A DNA stretch of 64,000 nucleotides from Chthoniobacterales bacterium. Its GTDB lineage: Bacteria > Verrucomicrobiota > Verrucomicrobiia > Chthoniobacterales > Terrimicrobiaceae. The notes beneath the pieces were generated by a model. The model was given only the letters and a program-made list of their open reading frames with translations, had not been told where the DNA came from and did no database searches. Made by a program: the position numbers and the translations under genes. Below, one piece after another: positions 19,002 to 27,747 of this stretch (position 1 is its first letter; every line of letters starts with the position of its first letter). The stretch spans positions 2,390 through 66,389 of the forward strand of contig JACSRU010000113.1 in the NCBI GenBank assembly GCA_014879575.1. Direction: 5' to 3'.

Positions 19002-20021
19002 ATGACAATGCGGGAACTTGAGAGGATCGCGACGACGGCTGGGTTTGATGCCGTGGGCGTGGCGCCTGCTGTGGGAGCTCCACACGGTGAGGCGTTCCAT
19101 GCGTGGTTGTCGGAGGGGTGTCATGCCTCGATGGGATGGCTGGCCAGGGATCCGGAACGCCGATGTGATCCGAAAAGGATTTTGCCGGGTGCCCGGTCAG
19201 TGATTGCGCTGGCGATGAATTATTTTGTTCCGGATTCGGATTTGCCAGGGGATGGGGCGCGGGGACGGATTGCGCGTTATGCGCGCGGGCGGGATTATCA
19301 CAACCTGATCCCGAAGCGTCTGAAGCGGTTCGATCTGGCGTTGCAAAGTGAGGGCGGGCAGCAACGTTGTTTTGTAGATTCGGGGCCACTCCTCGAACGG
19401 GATTTTGCGGTGCTTGCGGGCATCGCCTGGCATGGCAAAAGCACGCTGGCCCTGCATCCAAGGTTGGGCACATGGTTCCTGCTGGCGGCGGTGATCACGA
19501 CGCTTGAACTCGAAGCGGGGACTCCGATGGCCGCCCACTGTGGAAAATGCACGCGGTGCATTGCGGCTTGCCCGACAGGGGCCATTGTCGCCCCCCACAA
19601 GGTGGATGCCCGCCGATGCCTCTCCTACTGGACCATTGAACACAAGGGGGCGTTACCGGAGTGGATTCGTCCGCTGCTGGGCGACCGGATTTTTGGTTGC
19701 GACACGTGCCTGGATGTCTGTCCGTGGAACCGTTTTGCAGAGGCTTCGCGCGAAGCGTCTTTTTTTGCGCGTCCGGCTTCCCAATGGCTCCTTCGGGATT
19801 ACCTCGCGCTCGGGGAGGCGGAGTTTCGGGCACTCTTCGAGGGGTCTCCAATTCGTCGCGCGGGCCGTCAGGGATTTTTGCGAAATGTCTGCACGGCTCT
19901 CGGCAATGTCGGCGATTCCGCCGATCTGGCCGCCCTGGAAAAATGCCGGAGCGATGCGGATCCCGTGGTCGTCGAACACGCCGGGTGGGCGATCACCCAA
20001 ATCCGCGTCAGAACTCCCTGA
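19002..20021 (+). CDS. queG: epoxyqueuosine reductase
   Basis: 4Fe-4S motifs CGKCTRCIAACPTGA and CDTCLDVCPWN. The start is ambiguous (TTG 18990, ATG 19002 or ATG 19008). Confidence 0.88.
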   Translation: MTMRELERIATTAGFDAVGVAPAVGAPHGEAFHAWLSEGCHASMGWLARDPERRCDPKRILPGARSVIALAMNYFVPDSDLPGDGARGRIARYARGRDYHNLIPKRLKRFDLALQSEGGQQRCFVDSGPLLERDFAVLAGIAWHGKSTLALHPRLGTWFLLAAVITTLELEAGTPMAAHCGKCTRCIAACPTGAIVAPHKVDARRCLSYWTIEHKGALPEWIRPLLGDRIFGCDTCLDVCPWNRFAEASREASFFARPASQWLLRDYLALGEAEFRALFEGSPIRRAGRQGFLRNVCTALGNVGDSADLAALEKCRSDADPVVVEHAGWAITQIRVRTP

Positions 20022-20037
20022 GAGAGACGGGAGCGGC

Positions 20038-23000
20038 TCAGTTGCGAAGGCGGACGAGCAAATCCCCTCCGTCAACGGCGTCACCGACCCCGGCAAAGAG
20101 TTCGTCGATGACTCCGGTCGCGGGAGCGTAAAGGGTCGTCTGCATTTTCATGGCCTCGAGGGTGAGAAGTTTGTCGCCTTTTGTGACACGGGATCCGTTG
20201 CCAGTGCCCAGCGAGGTGACCATGCCAGGAATCGGCGCCCCCACTTCCAGAGGATTTGCCGCGTTAGCCTTCGGACGCGCCTTGGTGGTGGTCTTGACGG
20301 ATTTGTCCACCGCAGTCGCTTCGCGCGGCATGCCATTCAACTCAAAGGAAATGATCCGGCGACCATCCTTGTCCGCAGCACCGATGTTGATGAGCTTGAT
20401 GAAGAGCGTCTTGCCTTCCTCGATGGCAATCGTGACCTCCTCACCGGATTTCAATCCGTAAAAGAACGCAGGTGTGGGAAGGACGCTGACATCGCCGAAC
20501 TCCCTCTGGAATTTTGAAAAGTCGGCAAAGACATCCGGATACATCAGGTGACTGTAGAGTTCGTCCTCGCTGGGATCGTGTTTCAACTTTGCCGTCAATT
20601 CGGCGCGCACGGCCTTGAGATCCACCTTGGGAGCCCGTGCGGTTTTCGGTTTGGTTTTTCCAAGGACGACTTCCACAACCTTCCGGGGCCATCCCCCCAT
20701 CGGATTCCCGAGTCCGCCCGCGAGCATGTCCTTGACCGACTCCGGGAACGGCATCCCCGGTTCGAGATTGATGACATCCGCCGGGCGGATGCCACGGGTG
20801 AAAAGGAAGAGGGCCATATCCCCGACAACCTTGCTCGAGGGAGTCACCTTGACGATATCGCCAAACAAGATGTTGACCTCGGCGTAGCATCGCGCGATTT
20901 CCGGCCAGCGGTGCGCGAGACCCATGCTGGCAGCCTGTTCCTTGAGGTTGGTAAACTGGCCGCCCGGCATCTCATGAAGATAGACTTCCGCGCTTCCCGT
21001 CGGCGGAGAGGTGTCAAAGGGCGTGTAAAATGTCCGAACCTGTTCCCAGTAATCCGCAAAATCGCCAAGGGCCTGGAGATTCAGCCCGCTGGCGCGCGGC
21101 GTATTTTCGAGAGCCGCCGCGAGGCTGTTGAGATTCGGCTGCGAGGTGGAGCCGGACATCGAGGAAATCGCGGCATCCACGATATCCACCCCGGATTCCG
21201 CCGCCAGCAGGACGGATGCGGAGTTCACACCACTCGTGTCATGCGTATGGAAATGCACCGGCAGGCTGACCGCCTCGCGCAGTGCCTTGATGAGGGCGCG
21301 GGCCGCAAACGGACGGCAGAGCCCGGCCATGTCCTTCACGGCGAGAATATGCGCGCCCATCTTCTCGAGTTCCTTCGCGAGCGAGACATAGTATTTCAGG
21401 GAATACTTCGTGCGCTGCGGATCAAGGATGTCGCCGGTATAGCAAAGGGCGCCCTCGCAGACGGACTGTGTGTCGCGCACAGCCTCCATGGCCGCCCGCA
21501 TGTTTGGAAGATCGTTGAGGGAATCGAAAATCCGAAAAATGTCCATTCCCGCCCCGGCCGAGTGCCGGACAAATCCCCTGACGACGTTCGGGGGATAATT
21601 CGAGTAGCCGACCGCATTTGATCCGCGCAGAAGCATCTGGAAACAAATGTTCGGAATCCGTTTGCGGAGTTCCCGCAGGCGCTCCCAGGGATCTTCGCGC
21701 AGGAAACGCATCGAGGCATCGAACGTGGCTCCGCCCCACATTTCCAGACTGAAGAGCCGGGGCGTGCGGTGGGCGATCGCATCGGCGACAGCCAGCATGT
21801 CGTAGGTGCGGACCCGGGTGGCGAGCAGGGACTGGTGGGCGTCGCGAAATGTCGTGTCCGTGAAAAGGAGCCGCTTCTGCGAACGGGTCCACTCGGCAAA
21901 TTTTTCCGCGCCGAGCTTGAGGAGGAGCTGCCGGGTGCCATCCGCCGGAGGCGTGCGGTGATCATACTCCGGGCGGGGCGCGGCGGGAAGCAGGGCGGAA
22001 ATTTTATGGCCCTTGGCCTGGGGATTGCCGTTGACGATGACATCCGAGAGGAAAGCCAGCAGTTTGGTTGCCCGGTCCTTGCGGGGCTTGAACTCAAAAA
22101 GGGCGGGGGTTGTGTCAATGAGCCGTGTGGTTGCCTCCCCACTGACGAATGTGTCGTGCTGGATGACATTTTCCAAAAAGGGAATGTTGGTTTTGACGCC
22201 GCGGATCCGGAATTCACGCAGCGCGCGCTGCATCCGCTGCAGAGCCATCGGAAAGGTTTGTCCGGAAGCCGTAATCTTGACGAGGAGCGAATCGTAAAAT
22301 GGCGTGATGGCGCTGCCGGTCGTGCCCATTCCCGCATCCAGACGGATTCCGAAGCCCGCCGAGCTGCGGTAGGTGATGATTTTCCCGTAGTTCGGCGTAA
22401 ACTTGTTCGCGGGATCTTCGGTTGTGACCCGGCACTGCACCGCAAAGCCGTTGCGCGGAATGTCATCCTGTGCCGGAAGGGCCAGCTCCGGCCCATGCAG
22501 GGCCTCGCCGGAGGCGACGAGAATCTGCGAGCGAACGAGATCAACGCCCGTGATTTGCTCGGTCACCGTGTGCTCCACCTGGATGCGCGGGTTCATTTCG
22601 ATAAAGAACCATTCCTCGCGGTCGAGATCGTAGAGGAACTCGATGGTGCCCGCGTTATTGTAGCCGATGCCTTCCGCAATCCGCACCGCGGCCGCGCAAA
22701 GCTCGCGCCGGATTTTTTCCTTCAATCCGATGGAGGGGGCCACCTCGACAACCTTTTGGTGGCGGCGTTGAACCGAACAATCACGTTCGTGCAAATGCAG
22801 GACATTCCCGTGGGCGTCGCCGAGGATCTGGACTTCGATGTGTTTGGCTCTCGGAATGTATTTTTCCAGGAAAACCGCGGGGTTGCCAAACGCGCGGCCC
22901 GCCTCCCCCTGCGCTTCGTCCAGGAGGGCCGCCAGTTCGGATTCCTTCAGGACCACCCGCATACCGCGCCCCCCCCCGCCGAAGGCCGCCTTGATAATGA

Positions 23001-23505
23001 GCGGGAACCCGATGGACTTGGCGATTTTCAGCGCGGCGGCCCGATCGACCACCGGATCTTCGGTGCCAGGCAACGTCGGGACTTTCAATTTTTGCGCCAG
23101 GGCGCGCGCAGCGGTTTTGTCACCCATTTTCGCCAGGAGTTCCGAGCGGGGACCGACAAAGGTGATTCCCGCCTCCTCGCAGGTTTTGGCAAACCCGGCA
23201 TTTTCGGAAAGGAACCCGTAGCCCGGATGGATCATGTCCACCCCATGTTCCTTTGCGAGGCCCACGATCCCCTCGATGTCGAGGTAGGCACCCACCGGCC
23301 CCTTGCCCTCGCCCACCATGTAGGCTTCGTCCGCCTTGAAGCGGTGCATCGAGAGCCGATCCTCCTGGGCATAGATCGCCACCGTGCGCATGCCAAGTTC
23401 GGTGGCGGCGCGGAAGACGCGGATCGCGATTTCGCTCCGGTTGGCGACAAGGATTTTTTTCCCGGCAACGGGAGAGGATACGGCACTTCGTCTAAAGGAT
23501 TTCAT
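20038..23505 (-). CDS. pyc: pyruvate carboxylase
   Basis: Biotin carboxylase N-terminus (KILVANRSEIAIRVFRA), carboxyltransferase VHFHTHDTSG, and C-terminal biotinyl motif LEAMKMQT. Start at MKSFRR (ATG 23505). Confidence 0.93.
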   Translation of the reverse strand: MKSFRRSAVSSPVAGKKILVANRSEIAIRVFRAATELGMRTVAIYAQEDRLSMHRFKADEAYMVGEGKGPVGAYLDIEGIVGLAKEHGVDMIHPGYGFLSENAGFAKTCEEAGITFVGPRSELLAKMGDKTAARALAQKLKVPTLPGTEDPVVDRAAALKIAKSIGFPLIIKAAFGGGGRGMRVVLKESELAALLDEAQGEAGRAFGNPAVFLEKYIPRAKHIEVQILGDAHGNVLHLHERDCSVQRRHQKVVEVAPSIGLKEKIRRELCAAAVRIAEGIGYNNAGTIEFLYDLDREEWFFIEMNPRIQVEHTVTEQITGVDLVRSQILVASGEALHGPELALPAQDDIPRNGFAVQCRVTTEDPANKFTPNYGKIITYRSSAGFGIRLDAGMGTTGSAITPFYDSLLVKITASGQTFPMALQRMQRALREFRIRGVKTNIPFLENVIQHDTFVSGEATTRLIDTTPALFEFKPRKDRATKLLAFLSDVIVNGNPQAKGHKISALLPAAPRPEYDHRTPPADGTRQLLLKLGAEKFAEWTRSQKRLLFTDTTFRDAHQSLLATRVRTYDMLAVADAIAHRTPRLFSLEMWGGATFDASMRFLREDPWERLRELRKRIPNICFQMLLRGSNAVGYSNYPPNVVRGFVRHSAGAGMDIFRIFDSLNDLPNMRAAMEAVRDTQSVCEGALCYTGDILDPQRTKYSLKYYVSLAKELEKMGAHILAVKDMAGLCRPFAARALIKALREAVSLPVHFHTHDTSGVNSASVLLAAESGVDIVDAAISSMSGSTSQPNLNSLAAALENTPRASGLNLQALGDFADYWEQVRTFYTPFDTSPPTGSAEVYLHEMPGGQFTNLKEQAASMGLAHRWPEIARCYAEVNILFGDIVKVTPSSKVVGDMALFLFTRGIRPADVINLEPGMPFPESVKDMLAGGLGNPMGGWPRKVVEVVLGKTKPKTARAPKVDLKAVRAELTAKLKHDPSEDELYSHLMYPDVFADFSKFQREFGDVSVLPTPAFFYGLKSGEEVTIAIEEGKTLFIKLINIGAADKDGRRIISFELNGMPREATAVDKSVKTTTKARPKANAANPLEVGAPIPGMVTSLGTGNGSRVTKGDKLLTLEAMKMQTTLYAPATGVIDELFAGVGDAVDGGDLLVRLRN

Positions 23506-23651
23506 GGATCTGAGATATTCGCGTTCCATACCCCATCGCTGCGCCGGTGGCAATCACCACGAATGGAAACTTTTGGCCAGAGGGGCCTGAACGGCCCCAC
23601 GATCCCTCCAAATCGTCGGTTAACAATCTTGCGCTTGTTTTGTGGGATGCG

Positions 23652-24818
23652 ATGGTGTCGGGTCTTGTGAACGACAATTTTTCAACATGTCCTGACCGCC
23701 GGGAAACCGGGAGCCTCAAATGGCAGCGTTATTCCGGGGGGGATGTTTTGCCAATGTGGGTGGCAGACATGGATTTTTCGTCGCCGCCCGAGGTGGTGGA
23801 GGCCTTGGAGCGTCGCGCACGGCACGGCGTCTTTGGCTATACCATCCCGACAAAATCCGTGGCGGAGGCGGCAAGGGAGTATCTTCACGATCACCATGGC
23901 GTGACGGTCACGGACGAGCAGATCCTTTGGTTTCCCGGGTTGGTTCCCGCGCTCAATGTGGCCTGCCGGGCTTTTGTGGAATCGGGCGGAGAAGTTCTAA
24001 CCTGCACGCCGGTTTATCCTCCATTTCTCAGCGCACCGGAGTTTGCCAGTGTCGGCATTCGCACCGTGCCCCTCGTGGAAAACGGGGGGGTGTGGGATAT
24101 GGATTTTGAAGCCCTCGAAAAAGCGGTGACCCCACGGACGCGACTTTTCGTTTTGTGCAATCCCCACAATCCGGTGGGACGTGTTTTCCCCGAAGCCACG
24201 CTGGCGCGCCTGGCGGAGTTTTGTCGTCGGCACAATCTGGTTTTTCTCTCGGACGAAATTCACTGCGACCTGGTGCTGGACGACGTGAAGCACACCAGCG
24301 GGCTAAGGTTTGCAGGGGAGAACGGGTTGCGCATGCTGGCCCTGTTTGCTCCGAGCAAAACATTCAATCTCGCCGGACTGGCCTGCGCCTTTCTCGTCAT
24401 TCCCGATGCCGCCACCCGGCACCGGTTCCACCAGGCGGCACGGGGACTGATCACCGAGGTCAATGCCTTCGGCTATGTGGCCTGCGAGGCGGCTCTGCGT
24501 CAGGGCTGGCCTTGGCGCGACAGGCTCCTGGACGTGCTTCGAAGCAATCGGGATTTATGGGAAAAATTTGCCGCAACATCCCTGCCGGGTATTCGCACAT
24601 GGCATGTCGAGGCAACCTACCTGGCATGGATGGATGCCCGCCCATTGCATCTGCCAAATCCCGCAAAATTTTTCGAAAGTCATGGCGTGGGATTGTCGGA
24701 TGGCGTCCCCTTTGGGGCACCACAAGGATTTTTGCGCCTGAATTTCGGCTGTCCGCCCGCGCAACTTGAACAGGCACTTCAGCGCATGGCGCAGGCACTG
24801 AAATCGGCGGGGACCTGA
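23652..24818 (+). CDS. PatB/MalY-type PLP-dependent C-S lyase (aminotransferase class I/II)
   Basis: DRRETGSLKWQRY, WVADMDF and PLP-lysine motif APSKTFNLAGL. Start uncertain (track ORF opens at 23547). Confidence 0.8.
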   Translation: MVSGLVNDNFSTCPDRRETGSLKWQRYSGGDVLPMWVADMDFSSPPEVVEALERRARHGVFGYTIPTKSVAEAAREYLHDHHGVTVTDEQILWFPGLVPALNVACRAFVESGGEVLTCTPVYPPFLSAPEFASVGIRTVPLVENGGVWDMDFEALEKAVTPRTRLFVLCNPHNPVGRVFPEATLARLAEFCRRHNLVFLSDEIHCDLVLDDVKHTSGLRFAGENGLRMLALFAPSKTFNLAGLACAFLVIPDAATRHRFHQAARGLITEVNAFGYVACEAALRQGWPWRDRLLDVLRSNRDLWEKFAATSLPGIRTWHVEATYLAWMDARPLHLPNPAKFFESHGVGLSDGVPFGAPQGFLRLNFGCPPAQLEQALQRMAQALKSAGT

Positions 24819-24834
24819 GCGATTTTTGGAGTTC

Positions 24835-26304
24835 ATGACGCATCCCCTGCATGACAACCGGCTTTGCCATCCGAAGGATTTGGGGGCACCCATTCCGGAG
24901 TCCGCCCATGCTGTGTCGGTCTGTCTGCCGGAGTGGGCGGATATCGTGGGGTATGAGGAAAATGATCCCCGGGTGATCGACCGGATGCGCGCCGGGTATC
25001 CGCGGTTTTTCTTCCATGCGCGGATCCAAGAAATGCGAAAGCGTTTGCGGGAACTTCATGGGCGCGCCGGCGAGGAAGCCCTCCCCCTGTCAGATGAGAC
25101 CTCCGCCCGGGATTGCGCTCAGTTCCTTGGCGAGGGGGCCCGTGCTGTGGAGATCGGGGGCAGAGTCTGGGCTGCGTTTTTTCCGGAGGCTTTGATGGCG
25201 CGAGCAAAGGCCTATTGGCAACATGCAGGCCGGATCCTTTCCTCGCGTGCGGCGGAGGACTGGCTGACGGAGGGACGCTTGAAAGCTCCGGATTTTGAGC
25301 TCGAGACTGTGGTGCGCACCCGCTTGTCCGACTGGAGCGGTGCTCCGCTGGAGTTCACGAGCCTGCACCCAAGCGGCATGGCGGCGATTTACTCCGCATT
25401 TTTGGCCGCCCGGGAGCGACGTCCCGACCGCCGGATGGTCATGTTTGGTTTTCCCTACACCGACACCTTGAAAATTTTGCAGAAATTCGGGACGGGGACG
25501 GAATTTTATCCAAATGGCGATGAGGAAGATTTGCAGAAGTTGAGGAATCTTTTGGGGCATGAGGAAATCGCCGGGATTTTTTGCGAATTCCCCAGCAATC
25601 CCCTGCTTCGTGTTCCCGACGTGTCCGCCTTGCATCGGATGGCAGCGACGACGGGGACGCCGTTGATCGTGGATGATACGATCGCGACTTTCTACAATGT
25701 GGAGATTCTGCCGTTTGTGGACCTCGTGGCCAGCAGCCTGACCAAGGCATTTTCCGGTGGGGGCGATGTGATGGCCGGAGCCTTGACGGTGAACCCGCAG
25801 GGGCTTTTCGGCGGTTTGCGAAATGCCGTTGGAGAAAATGGGGGCGGGCTTTATGTTCGGGATTTGCAGGTTCTCGAACGCAACTCGCGGGATTTCGGAG
25901 AACGGATGCAGGTCACCAATCGCAACAGCCTTGCTCTTGCCAGATTGCTCGCGGCGCATCCGGCCATCGAAAAGGTTTATTATCCGGGGCTTGAGTCCCC
26001 GGCGGTTTATGAATCCCTGCGCAAACCGGAGGGCGGCTATGGTGCCGTGTTTTCCTTTCTTCCGAAGGACGCCCCGAAAAATTCCCGCCGGATTTTTGAG
26101 AATCTTTCCATCAACCGGGGCATTAGTTTTGGCACGAGCTTTTCTCTCGTCTGTCCCTATGTGCAGTTGGCGCACTACCATGAACTCGACTGGGTGCAGT
26201 CCTGCGGCGTGGATCCCTTCCTGCTGCGCGTTGGCGTGGGAACGGAGCCGTGGGCCGCGTTGGAGGAATGCTTCACCCGCGCTCTTGCCCACGGGGGGCG
26301 TTGA
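24835..26304 (+). CDS. Cys/Met-metabolism PLP enzyme, cystathionine gamma-synthase-like with long N-terminal domain
   Basis: PLP-lysine motif SSLTKAFSGGGDVMAG. N-terminal HAVSVCLPEW...GYPRFF as I recall for fungal Str2-type CGS-like proteins. Confidence 0.7.
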   Translation: MTHPLHDNRLCHPKDLGAPIPESAHAVSVCLPEWADIVGYEENDPRVIDRMRAGYPRFFFHARIQEMRKRLRELHGRAGEEALPLSDETSARDCAQFLGEGARAVEIGGRVWAAFFPEALMARAKAYWQHAGRILSSRAAEDWLTEGRLKAPDFELETVVRTRLSDWSGAPLEFTSLHPSGMAAIYSAFLAARERRPDRRMVMFGFPYTDTLKILQKFGTGTEFYPNGDEEDLQKLRNLLGHEEIAGIFCEFPSNPLLRVPDVSALHRMAATTGTPLIVDDTIATFYNVEILPFVDLVASSLTKAFSGGGDVMAGALTVNPQGLFGGLRNAVGENGGGLYVRDLQVLERNSRDFGERMQVTNRNSLALARLLAAHPAIEKVYYPGLESPAVYESLRKPEGGYGAVFSFLPKDAPKNSRRIFENLSINRGISFGTSFSLVCPYVQLAHYHELDWVQSCGVDPFLLRVGVGTEPWAALEECFTRALAHGGR

Positions 26305-27135
26305 TCAAAAACTGCGCCCCTCGCCGATTTCCTGCAAAATCCGAGTGTAGTCCCGGATGTCGTCCGCAAGAAAATTTTCGAGAAAGCTGCGGACTTCGTT
26401 TGGCATGGCATCTTCCGAGGTGGGATTCAGTTTGATCGTCAGGTGCCGGTTAAAGAAGAGGGCCTTGGTGGTGACGCCCAGGAATCTTTCCACATCTTCG
26501 AGGAGTGCCTTGGGCGAGGAGGCAATACGATCATACCGTCCGACATAGAGATGGCCGGGCGCGAGGTGCCGCCTCCACTTCCCGATCATCGCGGCATATC
26601 CGGCGCGTTGCTTCTGCCCCGAGGTTTCGAAGTAAGCGCGAAACTTGTCAAACCCAATGGACTCGCTGCGCCCCCGAACGAGGGTTTTCTTGGCGTGCGA
26701 CCAGGCCCGTTCGACCGGATCGCGAAGCATGAGGATTCCTTTAAGGTTCGGCTTGAGCGCCACGATCTCCGCCACGAGATCATCCGGGAGCAACGCGTAG
26801 GAGGCCGTGGCCTCGCCGAGGATTTTCGGACGGTAGAAAGCCAGGGATTTTCGGAGGCAAATGTAATGTTTTTTCAGGCGTTCCCCCAGGGGCTCCCGGT
26901 AGGAATCCAGGTAATCCTCCAGATACGGAAACTTGAAGCGCGCATTCTCCGGCCGCCCCAGCGTGCTGAAAAAATACGTTTCCTTCATCCGGTGGAGCAA
27001 AATCTCCGGATGCATGTGGAGGTTGAAAAAGAGCCAAGTGGTTCCGGTCCTTTGGGGACCCAGAATCAGAAAATCCGGAAATCCCCGGAGATCCGGATGG
27101 TCGCTCCTTGTGGGAATCGAGCCCTTGACTTTCAA
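26305..27135 (-). CDS. PAPS-dependent sulfotransferase family protein
   Basis: 5'-PSB-like LILGPQRTGTTW and 3'-PB-like LRDPVERAWSHAKK. The TTG start is the nucleotide after the peroxiredoxin stop. Confidence 0.8.
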   Translation of the reverse strand: MKVKGSIPTRSDHPDLRGFPDFLILGPQRTGTTWLFFNLHMHPEILLHRMKETYFFSTLGRPENARFKFPYLEDYLDSYREPLGERLKKHYICLRKSLAFYRPKILGEATASYALLPDDLVAEIVALKPNLKGILMLRDPVERAWSHAKKTLVRGRSESIGFDKFRAYFETSGQKQRAGYAAMIGKWRRHLAPGHLYVGRYDRIASSPKALLEDVERFLGVTTKALFFNRHLTIKLNPTSEDAMPNEVRSFLENFLADDIRDYTRILQEIGEGRSF

Positions 27136-27612
27136 TCAGAGCGACTTGAGTGCCGCCTCAATCTTCCCGAAGTCGGGGAGATCTTTTGGAGTCGGTGTCT
27201 GCTCGCTGTAAACGATCTGGCCGGCGGCATCGATGACAAAGGCCGCCCGGGCGGACGTGTCCCCGATTCCGGCCAAGCCCCGGAAAACCACATCGTAGGC
27301 GGCCGTCGCGGTTTTGTTCAGGTCGCTCACGAGTTTGATTGTGATCCCCTCTTTCTTCGCCCAGGCATCCTGGGCAAACGGACTGTCCACGCTGATGCCC
27401 ACCACATCGGCTTTCAGGCTGGCGTATTTGCCAAGGCCGGCCGTCACGTCACACATCTCCTGCGTGCAGACCCCGGTGAATGCGAGCGGAAAGAACAGGA
27501 GAACGGTCGCCTGCTTGCCGAAATTTGAGGAGAGTTGAAAATCCCCGAGACCGTCTGCGGTCATGGTCTTGAGGGTGAAGTCAGGTGCTTGGGTGCCGAT
27601 GGGAAGTGCCAT
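27136..27612 (-). CDS. peroxiredoxin, AhpE/Prx5-like subfamily
   Basis: MALPIGTQAPDF...LLFFPLAFTGVCTQEMC (PxxxTxxC). Start at ATG 27612. Confidence 0.85.
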   Translation of the reverse strand: MALPIGTQAPDFTLKTMTADGLGDFQLSSNFGKQATVLLFFPLAFTGVCTQEMCDVTAGLGKYASLKADVVGISVDSPFAQDAWAKKEGITIKLVSDLNKTATAAYDVVFRGLAGIGDTSARAAFVIDAAGQIVYSEQTPTPKDLPDFGKIEAALKSL

Positions 27613-27747
27613 GAGAATTTTTGAATGTGAGTCGTAAACATTGGCTCGAATCCCCAAACTGTCAATGCCCGGAGGAAAGGATTTCCGCCGGGGGGAAACA
27701 CGGGCTTACGCGCAGCATTCAACACGCCCCGATGAGCGGATCCTCCG

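Noticed and set aside
21769-23670. 633-aa ORF on the plus strand (also 20548..21621 and 21396..22544)
   Set aside because: Shadow ORFs within and opposite pyruvate carboxylase; no motifs.
27613-27747. tRNA-like T-loop (ggctcgaatcccc) and an imperfect hairpin (cccggaggaaaggatttccgccggg) between the reductase and the peroxiredoxin
   Set aside because: No matching acceptor stem, D-arm or anticodon arm could be built on either strand, and there is no U-tract after the hairpin. Treated as ordinary intercistronic sequence.
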